Virus record (IMG/VR): IMGVR_UViG_3300015607_004160
Reading direction: 5' to 3' (one strand)
DNA from: a virus
Lineage: Duplodnaviria; Caudoviricetes
DNA length: 64,000 nt
The notes below the pieces were generated by a model. It did not search any database. It had not been told where the DNA came from and saw only the letters and a list, made by a program, of their open reading frames with translations. Of the stretch, positions 47,617 through 57,612 are shown in pieces. The position numbers and the translations under genes are program-made. How positions within the stretch are numbered: the first letter of the stretch is position 1; every line of letters begins with the position of its first letter.

Positions 47617-50600
47617 TTCTTATTTTTAAATTCTGCTATTATTTTATTAACCTTACCATCTAAATCCACATCATTTCTAGTCATTGTAAATCTAGCATCA
47701 ACTAATTTGTTTCTTTGCTTTACATCACCACTTTTTTTATTCTTTTCTGGTGTTGGAACAATTAGGTAATAGATATCAGATATCTCCATGATATAATCTT
47801 TAATACCATTAAAATTATTATTCTTAATATCCTCAACACTTATTGATTTAAATGGAAATTTACCGCCAATTAGAAATCCTTTAGTAGATGCAAATCCAAT
47901 GCTGATCCTAACATCATTTGAATAAGGAATACCATTATTTCTCACATCTTCAATATAATCTGTTTTATAGACCTCTTTATTTTCCGTTTTAGCAGTTTGC
48001 TTTCTGACGTAATCACTAGCAATTGATTGTTTAGGATTATTCTTACTACTCACTTGATATCTGAATAAAACATATGGATCTTTATCACTTCCAGCAGTAA
48101 TAGGATAAATAGTATAAACATTATCGTCTTTAGATACAACCTTTATAATATTTCCTTTTTTGTTTTTTAATCCAGTAGTAAATTGCTCACTAAAAAAAGG
48201 CATGTCTACTGCACCCTCATCATCCTTCGAAATGATTGGATCAAAAGTAGGCGAATCTGGTAGGTTGCCTTGTTGAGCTGTTCCGCCACCACTTCCTTCA
48301 GTATTAAAATATTTTTTAAATATAATAGCTCTATGCTTCTTAAAAGTACCATTATCATTATTTAACAAGTCATTTATAAATGTAAGTAATGTTTTTCCTG
48401 ATCCAGGTGATTTCATTGGAGTGTTTGTGCTAGATTCAGCATCAGAAACAAACTTAGCATTAGCTAATATTCTTCTTAATTGTTTATCTTCTAATATCTT
48501 AGTTATTCCATCTTGCCATTTATTATATGGAAGTTTAGCCGCCCATGGTCCAAAACCAGGAGTACCTTCTGCACTCCACTTAGGTTCACCTTGGCCAATG
48601 TGTTCATATTCTCTCATTGTTTTTAATGATATCTTACCATTAGGACGACCTGATGGAATATAATCAGTTGCATATAATTTATATGCTCTTCCAAAAATGT
48701 TTACAATTTTAATAATATGATCATCATCAGGATTCGATAATTTTATATCAGTTCCTTCTTTCTTTTCAATATCATCTCTTAATTGTTGATCCTCTTTGGT
48801 TACTTTCCATTCTTTTTCTTCATCTTTTTTAAAGAATTTGAACCAAGACTTTTTAACACGATCACTATTATCACTCTCATCTGGAACTTCAGTATTTTGT
48901 GATTCTACTGGCTGTCCTGCTGGTTGTTCTTCATCAGGTTTAGGTTCATCAAGCTTAATATTATCAGGAGCTTCGTCAGCTTCCTCTTTTATTAATATGA
49001 AAGAAGAATAATCTCTAACAATTGATTCTTTTTTAATTGATGGGTACACCTCTTTTATTTTATTAAATGAATTGATGAATAACTTAATATGATTTCCTGC
49101 ACCACCAGCATCACCTTCTGATTTATATGAATTGCCATAAGAACCTAAAAGTCCCATATCTTCAGAAAATGCTAACAAAACTCTACCAAATAATGATATA
49201 GACTTAGCAATATCTGATACAGAGGTTCCCTCAGCTTCAGATATTAGCTCATCCATAGAAATTGGCTTACCAACATTTTGATAGTTTATTACAACTTGTC
49301 TACCAATTTCAAGTATTTTTTTCTTAGCTTCTTTTAATTTATCAGCACCATTTACATCAATTATTGATTCAATATATGGGACGAATTTTGCAATTCCTGA
49401 TTTATTATAGGCATTAACCACTTTATTCCATGCAGATCTAGCTTGTGATTCTTGGTCTCTAAGATTTGCATCTACTTCCTCATTAATAACAGATTCGGTA
49501 GCCATTGGTTGACCATGCATTCTTTTAGTTTCTTCTTTGGCTCTTTTATCAGCATCTACATCATAATCTGGTCTTGTTTCAGTTGAAACCTTTCCAGGTG
49601 TTTTAGTAGCTTCTTTTCCTTTAACTCTATCTAGCTTTGCTTGATATGTTTTAATCTCATTATTATAAAAATTAATTCTTTCCTTATTACCTTTAGCAGT
49701 ATATACAGAAAGTCCTTTTTTAGCTAGTTCTATTTTGGTATTAATTTCCTGTGATGTATTAGTTCTTTGTTGTTGATATTTCTTATCATCAAAAAAAGTA
49801 GATGTTTTACTATCACTAGTTTTTTTAAGCATAGATGGATCAACTGCAACAGTAGATGCGGTATATTTACCGTCTGATCCCATAACAGCTACTGAAACTA
49901 ATCCTTTTTTAATAGGTTCCTTTTTAACATCATCTTTAGTTAAATATTCTTTATCATCACCAATATTAATAACATTATTTAATGATATAACTTTAACTCT
50001 ATTAGTTTTTCCTTCTTTATTAGTATAGGAATATTCATTACCAACTTTTATTTCATCACTAACACCTTTTTCAAATTTAACTGTGTTATTCTTAATATCT
50101 CTATGTATTTTACAAATTGATTGTAATAATAATTTTGAATTGTTATAAAAAATAACTGCTGGATTAGATTTAGCATCATCCGCATTTTCTTCTCCCTCTC
50201 CTTCACCTTCACCATCTATTCCTAATCCTTTTTGAATTTCTAATAAATCATTTTTAAATTTCTTTAGTTTTTCAAGAAGAACCTCCTTGTTTTCTAAATT
50301 AGCTTTTTCTACTTGTGAAATAACATTATCTACTAATCCGATATTTGAAGCATCACCTAAAAGAACTTTTAATTTCTCTTTAACATCTTTCTCACTAGAA
50401 ACTTCTTTATAAATCTCTTCTAACAACATTCTATATGATAAGTTGTTTAGCTTTTTCTTTTCATCATCATTTAAAGAGTAGTCTTCTAATAAAGAATATA
50501 ATTCTTGGTTAAATAATTTGACTAAGTTATTTATTTTAGTATAGTTATATCCAATCTTCATCTTCCTTAATGTTGAATTGATAAGCCTTCCTAATAAAGA

Positions 50601-50711
50601 TCCACCCCATGTTATGTCGTTCTCAAATGCCTCGCTTATCATTGTAGATGATTCAAAGTCAGTTTTAAGATTCTCCATTCTATATTCTTGATGATATTTT
50701 AAATATTTCAT
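47613..50711 (-). CDS. Large (1032 aa) putative internal head protein with multiple x-x-E linkers
   Basis: MKYLKYHQEY...MISEA; internal MATESVINEE, LISEA, IKKESIVRDYSSFILIKEEA. Confidence 0.7.
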   Translation of the reverse strand: MKYLKYHQEYRMENLKTDFESSTMISEAFENDITWGGSLLGRLINSTLRKMKIGYNYTKINNLVKLFNQELYSLLEDYSLNDDEKKKLNNLSYRMLLEEIYKEVSSEKDVKEKLKVLLGDASNIGLVDNVISQVEKANLENKEVLLEKLKKFKNDLLEIQKGLGIDGEGEGEGEENADDAKSNPAVIFYNNSKLLLQSICKIHRDIKNNTVKFEKGVSDEIKVGNEYSYTNKEGKTNRVKVISLNNVINIGDDKEYLTKDDVKKEPIKKGLVSVAVMGSDGKYTASTVAVDPSMLKKTSDSKTSTFFDDKKYQQQRTNTSQEINTKIELAKKGLSVYTAKGNKERINFYNNEIKTYQAKLDRVKGKEATKTPGKVSTETRPDYDVDADKRAKEETKRMHGQPMATESVINEEVDANLRDQESQARSAWNKVVNAYNKSGIAKFVPYIESIIDVNGADKLKEAKKKILEIGRQVVINYQNVGKPISMDELISEAEGTSVSDIAKSISLFGRVLLAFSEDMGLLGSYGNSYKSEGDAGGAGNHIKLFINSFNKIKEVYPSIKKESIVRDYSSFILIKEEADEAPDNIKLDEPKPDEEQPAGQPVESQNTEVPDESDNSDRVKKSWFKFFKKDEEKEWKVTKEDQQLRDDIEKKEGTDIKLSNPDDDHIIKIVNIFGRAYKLYATDYIPSGRPNGKISLKTMREYEHIGQGEPKWSAEGTPGFGPWAAKLPYNKWQDGITKILEDKQLRRILANAKFVSDAESSTNTPMKSPGSGKTLLTFINDLLNNDNGTFKKHRAIIFKKYFNTEGSGGGTAQQGNLPDSPTFDPIISKDDEGAVDMPFFSEQFTTGLKNKKGNIIKVVSKDDNVYTIYPITAGSDKDPYVLFRYQVSSKNNPKQSIASDYVRKQTAKTENKEVYKTDYIEDVRNNGIPYSNDVRISIGFASTKGFLIGGKFPFKSISVEDIKNNNFNGIKDYIMEISDIYYLIVPTPEKNKKSGDVKQRNKLVDARFTMTRNDVDLDGKVNKIIAEFKNKK

Positions 50712-50809
50712 TTTAAAAACTGTAGATTTATTTTGATTATATATTAAATTTATTAAGCATAAAATAAATAAACTGGATTTTAATATATATGTAAAATTGA
50801 GTAATCAAT

Positions 50810-51262
50810 ATGAATATAAAAAATTACAAATCTTTTAACGAGAGCCTGTTGGGTGGACTATCATCTAAAGTTAGTAAAGCATTTAATAAACTTAAAGTGA
50901 TTGGAGGATTTGGTGATGGTAATATTGTTAAATTAAAAAAATGGGGAATCTCAACAAAGAAAGTATCTGAAACTTATTACCAAATAATACATGATAATAA
51001 AATTATTGCTGAAGTAAGAGTTACTGGGGAAGGATATAAACCTATATTTAAATTATCAATTTATTTCTATGATAGTGAAATAGAGAATACAAAAAACCTT
51101 GAGCTAAATAAAAAATTTGATGGTCAAAAAGAACAACCCTATGGAAAAGCAAGTAAAGATTTCTATACCACAGAATCCGCAATTGATTTTCTGATCTCTT
51201 TTTGGTCCACTAAAACTAACTCTGGTAAATCTAAGAATCCTCAATTTAAGATTAATTTATAA
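50810..51262 (+). CDS. Targeting-motif protein
   Basis: MNIKNYKSFNES. Confidence 0.75.
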   Translation: MNIKNYKSFNESLLGGLSSKVSKAFNKLKVIGGFGDGNIVKLKKWGISTKKVSETYYQIIHDNKIIAEVRVTGEGYKPIFKLSIYFYDSEIENTKNLELNKKFDGQKEQPYGKASKDFYTTESAIDFLISFWSTKTNSGKSKNPQFKINL

Positions 51263-51280
51263 ATTTTTAAAAAAATCCAC

Positions 51281-51310
51281 TTCTTGTTTTTTACTATTAA
51301 AAAACAAGAA
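51281..51310. terminator. Hairpin, possible terminator
   Basis: TTCTTGTTTTTTA-CTAT-TAAAAAACAAGAA; an AT-rich stem. Confidence 0.45.
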
Positions 51311-51335
51311 TATATAATTCAAGTTTACATTTATT

Positions 51336-51635
51336 ATGAAGTTTAAAGAAGTCGTTTATAACGGAACACCCGTTACTGAAGAACATAAAATAGTAAAAAT
51401 CCTACAAAAAGAAGGATTTTATTGGTTGATAGACTCTGAAACTGAAGATGCTTGCATTGAAATTATTCACAAAACAATAATATGGAATTCTGGTAACTTT
51501 TACTCAGGTAATTGGCATTACGGAATTTGGAAAAATGGTAATTTTTACGGAAGATGGGAAAATGGAATATTTGAAAATGGAACTTTTAAGGGGAAGTTCA
51601 TAAGTGGTATTGGCGACCCTTCCGTGAGAGTATAA
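51336..51635 (+). CDS. Small protein with W/F-x-x-G pentapeptide repeats
   Basis: WNSGNFYSGNWHYGIWKNGNFYGRWENGIFENGTFKG. Confidence 0.75.
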   Translation: MKFKEVVYNGTPVTEEHKIVKILQKEGFYWLIDSETEDACIEIIHKTIIWNSGNFYSGNWHYGIWKNGNFYGRWENGIFENGTFKGKFISGIGDPSVRV

Positions 51636-51645
51636 AAAACAACCC

Positions 51646-52089
51646 ATGGATATGAAAAAAAGAAGAGAGGTAACAGATAACACTCTTGTATTTGGTAGTA
51701 ATGTTGTTAAAATAACAAAAGAACCTACTAACGAACTATTCTTTGAAATTAAAAATGAGGTCACTACAGATTTAGCAGAGGCGGTATCAATTATGATGAA
51801 ATTAGACATCAAGGATGTTTGGAGCATAGAAGTAGAACATAACACAGCAATTGATCCTGAAAAATGTTTATATTGGTTAAGCGGTGGAAATAAAGAATGG
51901 TTTCTACTAGAACATTATAATAAGCCATGGGTAGAATGTTATTTAGACTTTCAAGAAGAATTTGGATTCATGGTAGTAGAAATAATCAAAAGATCAAAAA
52001 CCTTAGGAGATATCAGAAATGGGTTTAATAAATATTTAAATTTGCCAACTCTATATGATTTTGCTATTAGTAAAGGTCATGTAAAATAG
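51646..52089 (+). CDS. Hypothetical protein
   Basis: ORF track. Confidence 0.75.
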   Translation: MDMKKRREVTDNTLVFGSNVVKITKEPTNELFFEIKNEVTTDLAEAVSIMMKLDIKDVWSIEVEHNTAIDPEKCLYWLSGGNKEWFLLEHYNKPWVECYLDFQEEFGFMVVEIIKRSKTLGDIRNGFNKYLNLPTLYDFAISKGHVK

Positions 52090-52117
52090 GCCGCATTTAT
52101 TTTTTAATATATAATCT

Positions 52118-52330
52118 ATGGATGTAAAAAAAGCAGTTTGTCAAAACCCATGGTGTAAAGCCACCTTTGAGTTCACAGAAGAAACCAAACCAACGGTTTG
52201 CCCAAAATGTAAAAGCTTTGATAAAGATTTATCTGGAGGGGTTACATGGACTGATAAAAAATATGAAGGATCTAGGTTTGACGGCATGCCTCATCACACA
52301 AAAATAGATGTTAAAAAATATTTAAGATGA
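52118..52330 (+). CDS. Small zinc-ribbon protein
   Basis: CQNPWC...CPKC; TAATATATA upstream. Confidence 0.7.
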   Translation: MDVKKAVCQNPWCKATFEFTEETKPTVCPKCKSFDKDLSGGVTWTDKKYEGSRFDGMPHHTKIDVKKYLR

Positions 52331-53685
52331 TATCTCATTTTTTTGATATAGATACTTTGATAAAAATTAATAATATGGTATGGATTGTTGATAAAACAAA
52401 TCCTAATATTCCTATTATTAAAATATCAACATCAGATTTTAATTTAATAAAAAGTGGGGTTTATAAAAGTCAGGGAAATAAAGTTGATTATAATGGTCAA
52501 TCCTTTTGGCTTCCAATTGATATGTTTAATAAACTAAAGGTTAAACTAAAACTAAGCAATGGCAACCTTGGAAATATTGGAATATCAATGCAAGAATTCC
52601 TAAACAAAGATATTATTGACAATATTGATTTTAAAATCAATTTAAATAATATAACACATCTTAAAAACAAAACTGATGATATCTACATCATTTGCTCAAA
52701 ACAAAATAAAAAGAACTATGAGACAGTTTTAAATAAGTTAGAGAAAAAACTAAAAGAAGAAGGATTGAAAATTAAAAACTTCTATTATATTTCTGAAACT
52801 TTTTATAATCAAAATGATGACGACATTAGATATAATAAAATAAAACTCTTACTACAGCATTTAGTTGGATATAGAACATTTATTAATAAGTTCACTGATG
52901 AAGAAATAACCAGATATGATACAGTTCATCTATATGATAATCAATATGATACAATAAAAATTGTTGATGAAGCTAATCAAGTTTTAAAGTCAATACTGAA
53001 AAAAACTGATGATGGGTTAAAATCTGTTATTAAAGAAGATATATCGGAGTACAAACCAGCTTTAGTTGTTAATCAAATAACTGATAATGATTTAAATAAA
53101 AAGATAACTAAAAAGGTTATCATAGATTATTCTAATTTAATTAAGACTTTTGAATCATTTAAAATATTTGAAAATAATAGTTACGAAGAAATTCCCCCGA
53201 ATTTTTATGAATTTATAAAAAATTGCTGTGTATTCAATCTGTATGGAGATAAATCCGAATCAGAAATAGATATGGAGGTAAAGAAAATATTTAAATCATT
53301 TAAATATGAAGAGTTAGAAAAATGGACGAAGGCTTTTGAGGATATTCAAGATATACTAACCGAAATATCTGATAAATTAGGGTCAAGTAATATTTATTAT
53401 GATTTTCAATCATATAGTGCCTACAAAGGAAAAAAAATTGATGCTCTAAGTGTAAGAATTGATGCTGAGAAAAATAAGGGATTTAAAGGTAAAATTTCCA
53501 AATCATACTTTGAAAACCTAATTAAAAGAAGACTTCCTAATATGATAATTGATGATTATGAATATTCAGAAAATAGTGAGGACACAAGTGAATATGAGGA
53601 TATAAATGATATTCCATCAGAAGTAAAAAATAATAAAATTTGGTCCTCGACCTTTTTGCTTCTATTTAAAAGTGATATTCATTAA
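52327..53685 (+). CDS. Hypothetical protein (degenerate HAD-like N-terminus) with an internal targeting-like motif and appended module
   Basis: HFFDIDTLI; internal LIKTFESFKIFE followed by an EDIQDILTEISD module. Confidence 0.65.
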   Translation: MISHFFDIDTLIKINNMVWIVDKTNPNIPIIKISTSDFNLIKSGVYKSQGNKVDYNGQSFWLPIDMFNKLKVKLKLSNGNLGNIGISMQEFLNKDIIDNIDFKINLNNITHLKNKTDDIYIICSKQNKKNYETVLNKLEKKLKEEGLKIKNFYYISETFYNQNDDDIRYNKIKLLLQHLVGYRTFINKFTDEEITRYDTVHLYDNQYDTIKIVDEANQVLKSILKKTDDGLKSVIKEDISEYKPALVVNQITDNDLNKKITKKVIIDYSNLIKTFESFKIFENNSYEEIPPNFYEFIKNCCVFNLYGDKSESEIDMEVKKIFKSFKYEELEKWTKAFEDIQDILTEISDKLGSSNIYYDFQSYSAYKGKKIDALSVRIDAEKNKGFKGKISKSYFENLIKRRLPNMIIDDYEYSENSEDTSEYEDINDIPSEVKNNKIWSSTFLLLFKSDIH

Positions 53686-54293
53686 CCCTTGTTTTTTAAA
53701 TATTTATCAATCATATCATTCATACTTCTAGTATCCATAATCTTTGCGCTTTCTGCTTCTTCAGCTTCTTCAGCAGAAGCTTCTGTTGTAATTTCATTTA
53801 ATCCTAAATCTTTACGAATTTCCTTATAGAACTTTTCTAACTCGGTTCTCTGAGTTGATGAAAATTTTGAATTATCTCTAATTTGGCCTACTGTCTGATT
53901 AATAACCTCATGCATTCTGGCTGAATTATCACCGTTATCAACTTGTCTTAATTGTGTTAAAAAGTTCTTTCTAGTCATCTTAGATAAGAATATAGTTTCA
54001 GCATAAACCATTGCATCTTCTTTTAACTTATTCCTAATATAGGGATGTTCAAGAATCTTCTTAGAATCACCCAAATATAAGTCAACAAGACTTTCTAGTA
54101 GATCCATTGCTTTTTCTGTGGATTCGGTTAAATCCGCATCATAGTCATATATTTGAATCTCACCTAAATCAGGAAGATCATCTTTCTTTGCAAGGTATTT
54201 AGATATATCTAGGTCTTTGTTATTCTCCTGAATTCTTTCAAATTCATCTTTCAATTCAGTTGCCTTTTGTTCCTTTTTCTCTTGAGCACTCAT
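53682..54293 (-). CDS. Helical hypothetical protein divergent from terL (possible packaging partner)
   Basis: 203 aa, helical; shares a 49-bp intergenic region with terL. The function is a positional inference only. Confidence 0.5.
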   Translation of the reverse strand: MSAQEKKEQKATELKDEFERIQENNKDLDISKYLAKKDDLPDLGEIQIYDYDADLTESTEKAMDLLESLVDLYLGDSKKILEHPYIRNKLKEDAMVYAETIFLSKMTRKNFLTQLRQVDNGDNSARMHEVINQTVGQIRDNSKFSSTQRTELEKFYKEIRKDLGLNEITTEASAEEAEEAESAKIMDTRSMNDMIDKYLKNKG

Positions 54294-54342
54294 GTGGGAA
54301 ATTTGATTTTACAATATATATTTAAAATAGGAATATTCCTTT

Positions 54343-56499
54343 ATGGCAGTTAAAGAGGTTCAAGAGAAAAAATTTATCTTCAATAGTAAAGTAGTTGAAG
54401 AAATAACTAATAAAATAAATGATGGATTTGTAATCAAAAGGTTTCAAAACCCATGGTTTAAAAATGAAGTTGGTGTTAGAAGAGCCGGCATTACATTTGC
54501 GATAACAGATGCTGAGTTTCAAGAGTATATCAGATGTAAGGTTGATATACATTATTTTGCCGAAAAATATTGTCGAGTTAAAACTGAAGACGGTAGTGTT
54601 GGTAATATTACACTAAGGGATTACCAAAGAGATATATTAGATTTATACTATGGTGGTAGATTTAGTATTCTTTGTGGTTCAAGACAGATAGGTAAGACCA
54701 TATCGGCCGCAATCACAATGCTACACTTTATTACATTTAATAATGATAAAAATATCATGATTGTTGCGAATATTGCTAATACAGCAATAGAAATTATTGA
54801 TAAGATAAAATCTATTTATGTTCAACTACCATTCTTTTTAAAAGTAGGAATCAAAAACTGGAACCAAAGATCTGTTATATTTGATAATGGATGTAGAATT
54901 AAAAGCTCTGCTAGAACAAAGACACCAGCGATTGGTTTTACAATTGACTTCTTATATATGGACGAATTTGCACACATTCCACCAAATATTATTGAGGCAT
55001 ACTATACAGCAGCTTTTCCAACGGTGTCTGCCATTGAAAACTCTAAGATCATTATTACATCAACCCCGAACGGTATGAACCTATTCTATAAGCTATTAAC
55101 AGATGCAGAAAGACCTGGTGGAGATCCACAGAAAAATAACTATAGAGCGATGCGTGTTTATTGGTATCAAGTACCTGGTAGATTTGTAACGTATTATAGA
55201 CTGAATCAATTTAAAATGGCTGAACTTGGTATAACAAAAGATGATATTTATAATCAAGTTATAAGCGAGTTTGGTGACCTAACTAAAATAGATGTTAAAT
55301 TCAATCCCGATTTACAAAAAGACATTATATCTGTTTTTAATAATGATGTTTGTACAGATGCTATGGCAAAATCATTTCAGTTTATAGATGCAAAAGGATT
55401 ACAAATACCAATTCAAATGCTAGCAGAAGTAACAACATGGAAAGAAGAAGCTATCAAAGATATTGGTGGTGAGGATGCATTTAATCAAGAATATGGATTG
55501 AGATTTATTAATTCAAGTAGGTCGTTATTAACTGAGAGTACTATTGAACATTTATTAACTGGTAAGAAAAATTATAAATTTGAAGAGATATATGAATTTG
55601 ATAGAAAATTAAGATTCTCTTATTCTGATTTAAAATGGGTAGATGATGATAATTTGTTTATGCCAATTCAAAGAAAGCAGATTAAAGGTATAATGACGGT
55701 TGATATATCAGAAGGACTGGGTCAGGACTATTCAGTTATTAATATTTTTAAAATTGCTCCTAAGGCACGAGAAATAATAGAGATGCAAAAGCATACTTAT
55801 AGTACAATGAGTGATTTCTTTTGCTTAGTTCAAATAGGAATGTTTAGGTCAAATCTTGTATCAGTAAAACAACTAGCTGAACTATTCTATATGATTGCGT
55901 TTGAATACTTTCATTACGATAATTTTAAAGTTGTATTAGAAATAAATAGTTACGGAAATGAATTTTTAGCACATTTACCACATGTCTTTGAGGGGAATAA
56001 TAACTATGGATCTTCTATATTTTTTAGATATAAACATAAAGCAGACGCAGAAGAGGAAAAAATAGGACTAAAAGTTGGTGACAATAAAAATATGTTGGTC
56101 AAAGATTATCAAGATGCTATGGATAAGAAAAGATTTGTTATCAACAATGAAGATAATGTTAGAGAAATAACAACCTTTGTTAAACATATTACACCAGCTG
56201 GTAATGTTAGATATGCCGCAGATATTGGAAATGATGATACAGTAATGACATTAGTTGATACTTCTAGTATATTCAATAAGTATGAATATAAACAAATGGT
56301 TGAAGATTATGCACCATCTATTTTAGATGCTGAATCACTTAGCTATTTTAATGCAATATTAAAAGATGTTGAATATAAAGAAACCGCTGATTATTCATCT
56401 ATTATAAACGTCAATAGGCAAAGAAGGATGATGTCTCAATATCAAAATCGAGTTTATAACAGTGGTAATGAATTTTTTGGTGGAAATTATAAACTATAA
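54343..56499 (+). CDS. terL: Terminase large subunit (T4 gp17-like)
   Basis: LRDYQ, SRQIGKT (Walker A), FLYMDEFAH (Walker B), ITSTPNG, FNQEY, VDISEGLGQDYS, NDDTVM. Confidence 0.96.
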   Translation: MAVKEVQEKKFIFNSKVVEEITNKINDGFVIKRFQNPWFKNEVGVRRAGITFAITDAEFQEYIRCKVDIHYFAEKYCRVKTEDGSVGNITLRDYQRDILDLYYGGRFSILCGSRQIGKTISAAITMLHFITFNNDKNIMIVANIANTAIEIIDKIKSIYVQLPFFLKVGIKNWNQRSVIFDNGCRIKSSARTKTPAIGFTIDFLYMDEFAHIPPNIIEAYYTAAFPTVSAIENSKIIITSTPNGMNLFYKLLTDAERPGGDPQKNNYRAMRVYWYQVPGRFVTYYRLNQFKMAELGITKDDIYNQVISEFGDLTKIDVKFNPDLQKDIISVFNNDVCTDAMAKSFQFIDAKGLQIPIQMLAEVTTWKEEAIKDIGGEDAFNQEYGLRFINSSRSLLTESTIEHLLTGKKNYKFEEIYEFDRKLRFSYSDLKWVDDDNLFMPIQRKQIKGIMTVDISEGLGQDYSVINIFKIAPKAREIIEMQKHTYSTMSDFFCLVQIGMFRSNLVSVKQLAELFYMIAFEYFHYDNFKVVLEINSYGNEFLAHLPHVFEGNNNYGSSIFFRYKHKADAEEEKIGLKVGDNKNMLVKDYQDAMDKKRFVINNEDNVREITTFVKHITPAGNVRYAADIGNDDTVMTLVDTSSIFNKYEYKQMVEDYAPSILDAESLSYFNAILKDVEYKETADYSSIINVNRQRRMMSQYQNRVYNSGNEFFGGNYKL

Positions 56500-56500
56500 A

Positions 56501-56782
56501 TTACGCAAGTTCCATTGTGGCACTAAGGTTAGCACCTTTTAATTTCTTATACATTTCAGAAATTGTTTCCTTATCACCTCTTTTAACATCACATTTACCG
56601 ACAAAATGGACAAGGTGAGCACATTGTGAAGCTTGTTCATACTCATGACCACATATCTTCATTAGGCATTCAATTACCCAATCAAATGTGTTGAAATCGT
56701 CATTATGTAGAATAAGTAAGTAAGGTTGACCCAACTTTTCTTCTAGCTCAGTAGAAACTTGTTCTTTTGTTATTGTTGCCAT
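56501..56782 (-). CDS. clpS: ATP-dependent Clp protease adaptor ClpS
   Basis: LILHNDDFNTFDWVIECL...AHLVHFVGKCDVK. Confidence 0.9.
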   Translation of the reverse strand: MATITKEQVSTELEEKLGQPYLLILHNDDFNTFDWVIECLMKICGHEYEQASQCAHLVHFVGKCDVKRGDKETISEMYKKLKGANLSATMELA

Positions 56783-56787
56783 AATTA

Positions 56788-57015
56788 CTATTTATTAAAT
56801 TTTTTTTTCATTTTTTGATATCCTAATACCTGTTCTATAAAATAAGAAGCTTCAACTAATTCCAATTCTTTAGACTCCCTAAATTCCTTAGCACAAGCAG
56901 AGCATTCTTCTGACTTCATATCCACTTTAGTATTGTGATGTCCATATTTTTGTCCACACCCAGGACAACTGATTTCCTCAATAGGGATCATATAATCTTT
57001 GTCAATACTATACAT
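56788..57015 (-). CDS. Small Cys-rich protein
   Basis: CPGCG...ECSAC. Confidence 0.65.
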   Translation of the reverse strand: MYSIDKDYMIPIEEISCPGCGQKYGHHNTKVDMKSEECSACAKEFRESKELELVEASYFIEQVLGYQKMKKKFNK

Positions 57016-57515
57016 TACATTGTTACTTTATTAATAACATCAATAATAGTCACTTTAATTGGCTGTTTCTTTGCCCATTCAACAAATTTGTGTAAATGTT
57101 CATGCCTATCGTCAAACATGATAAGTTCATCAGCATGTGGGTTGGCCTTGATTAAGGTTTCGAATAAATGACATTTAAAGTAAAAGGTATCTCCACCAGT
57201 GTTACAATATAAGTCACACTTAATATCATGTAAGTCTAAAACCTTTCTTACCTGTCTTTCAAGTCTATGTAATCTACCTGTTGCAATAAAAACATAATTA
57301 CTATCATCGGCTTGATATTTTTCAAACTGATTGTAAACCCACTGATTAACAGGTGGGTAAAAAACATTTGTATTAAGAGATTCTGCATTTCCCCACCAGC
57401 CTCTTCCGGCCCATGAAAGCCCTGTTTTTTTCTCCCATTCATGCTTACCTGATTCAGGAGTAGGGGTATGGATTAATGTTCCATCAAAGTCAAACGATAC
57501 TATTTTCTTAATCAT
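57015..57515 (-). CDS. HAD-superfamily phosphatase (Swiss Army Knife RNA-repair-like HAD)
   Basis: Likely start at ATG 57515: FDFDGTLIHTP, ATGR, FK, MFDDR. Confidence 0.8.
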   Translation of the reverse strand: MIKKIVSFDFDGTLIHTPTPESGKHEWEKKTGLSWAGRGWWGNAESLNTNVFYPPVNQWVYNQFEKYQADDSNYVFIATGRLHRLERQVRKVLDLHDIKCDLYCNTGGDTFYFKCHLFETLIKANPHADELIMFDDRHEHLHKFVEWAKKQPIKVTIIDVINKVTM

Positions 57516-57612
57516 GTCTATTTTTTCTAAAATTTTAAAGGTAGATGATACTACTGAATATATATTACAAATATAGTTAAAGTTTTTCAAAAAATAAAAA
57601 TTATTATATTAT

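Noticed and set aside
53682-54293. Terminase small subunit call
   Set aside because: Only adjacency supports it and no gp16-like motif was recognised; left as hypothetical.
55183-55437. Intein or intron in terL
   Set aside because: No intein splice motifs and no frame interruption; reported as a plain insertion instead.
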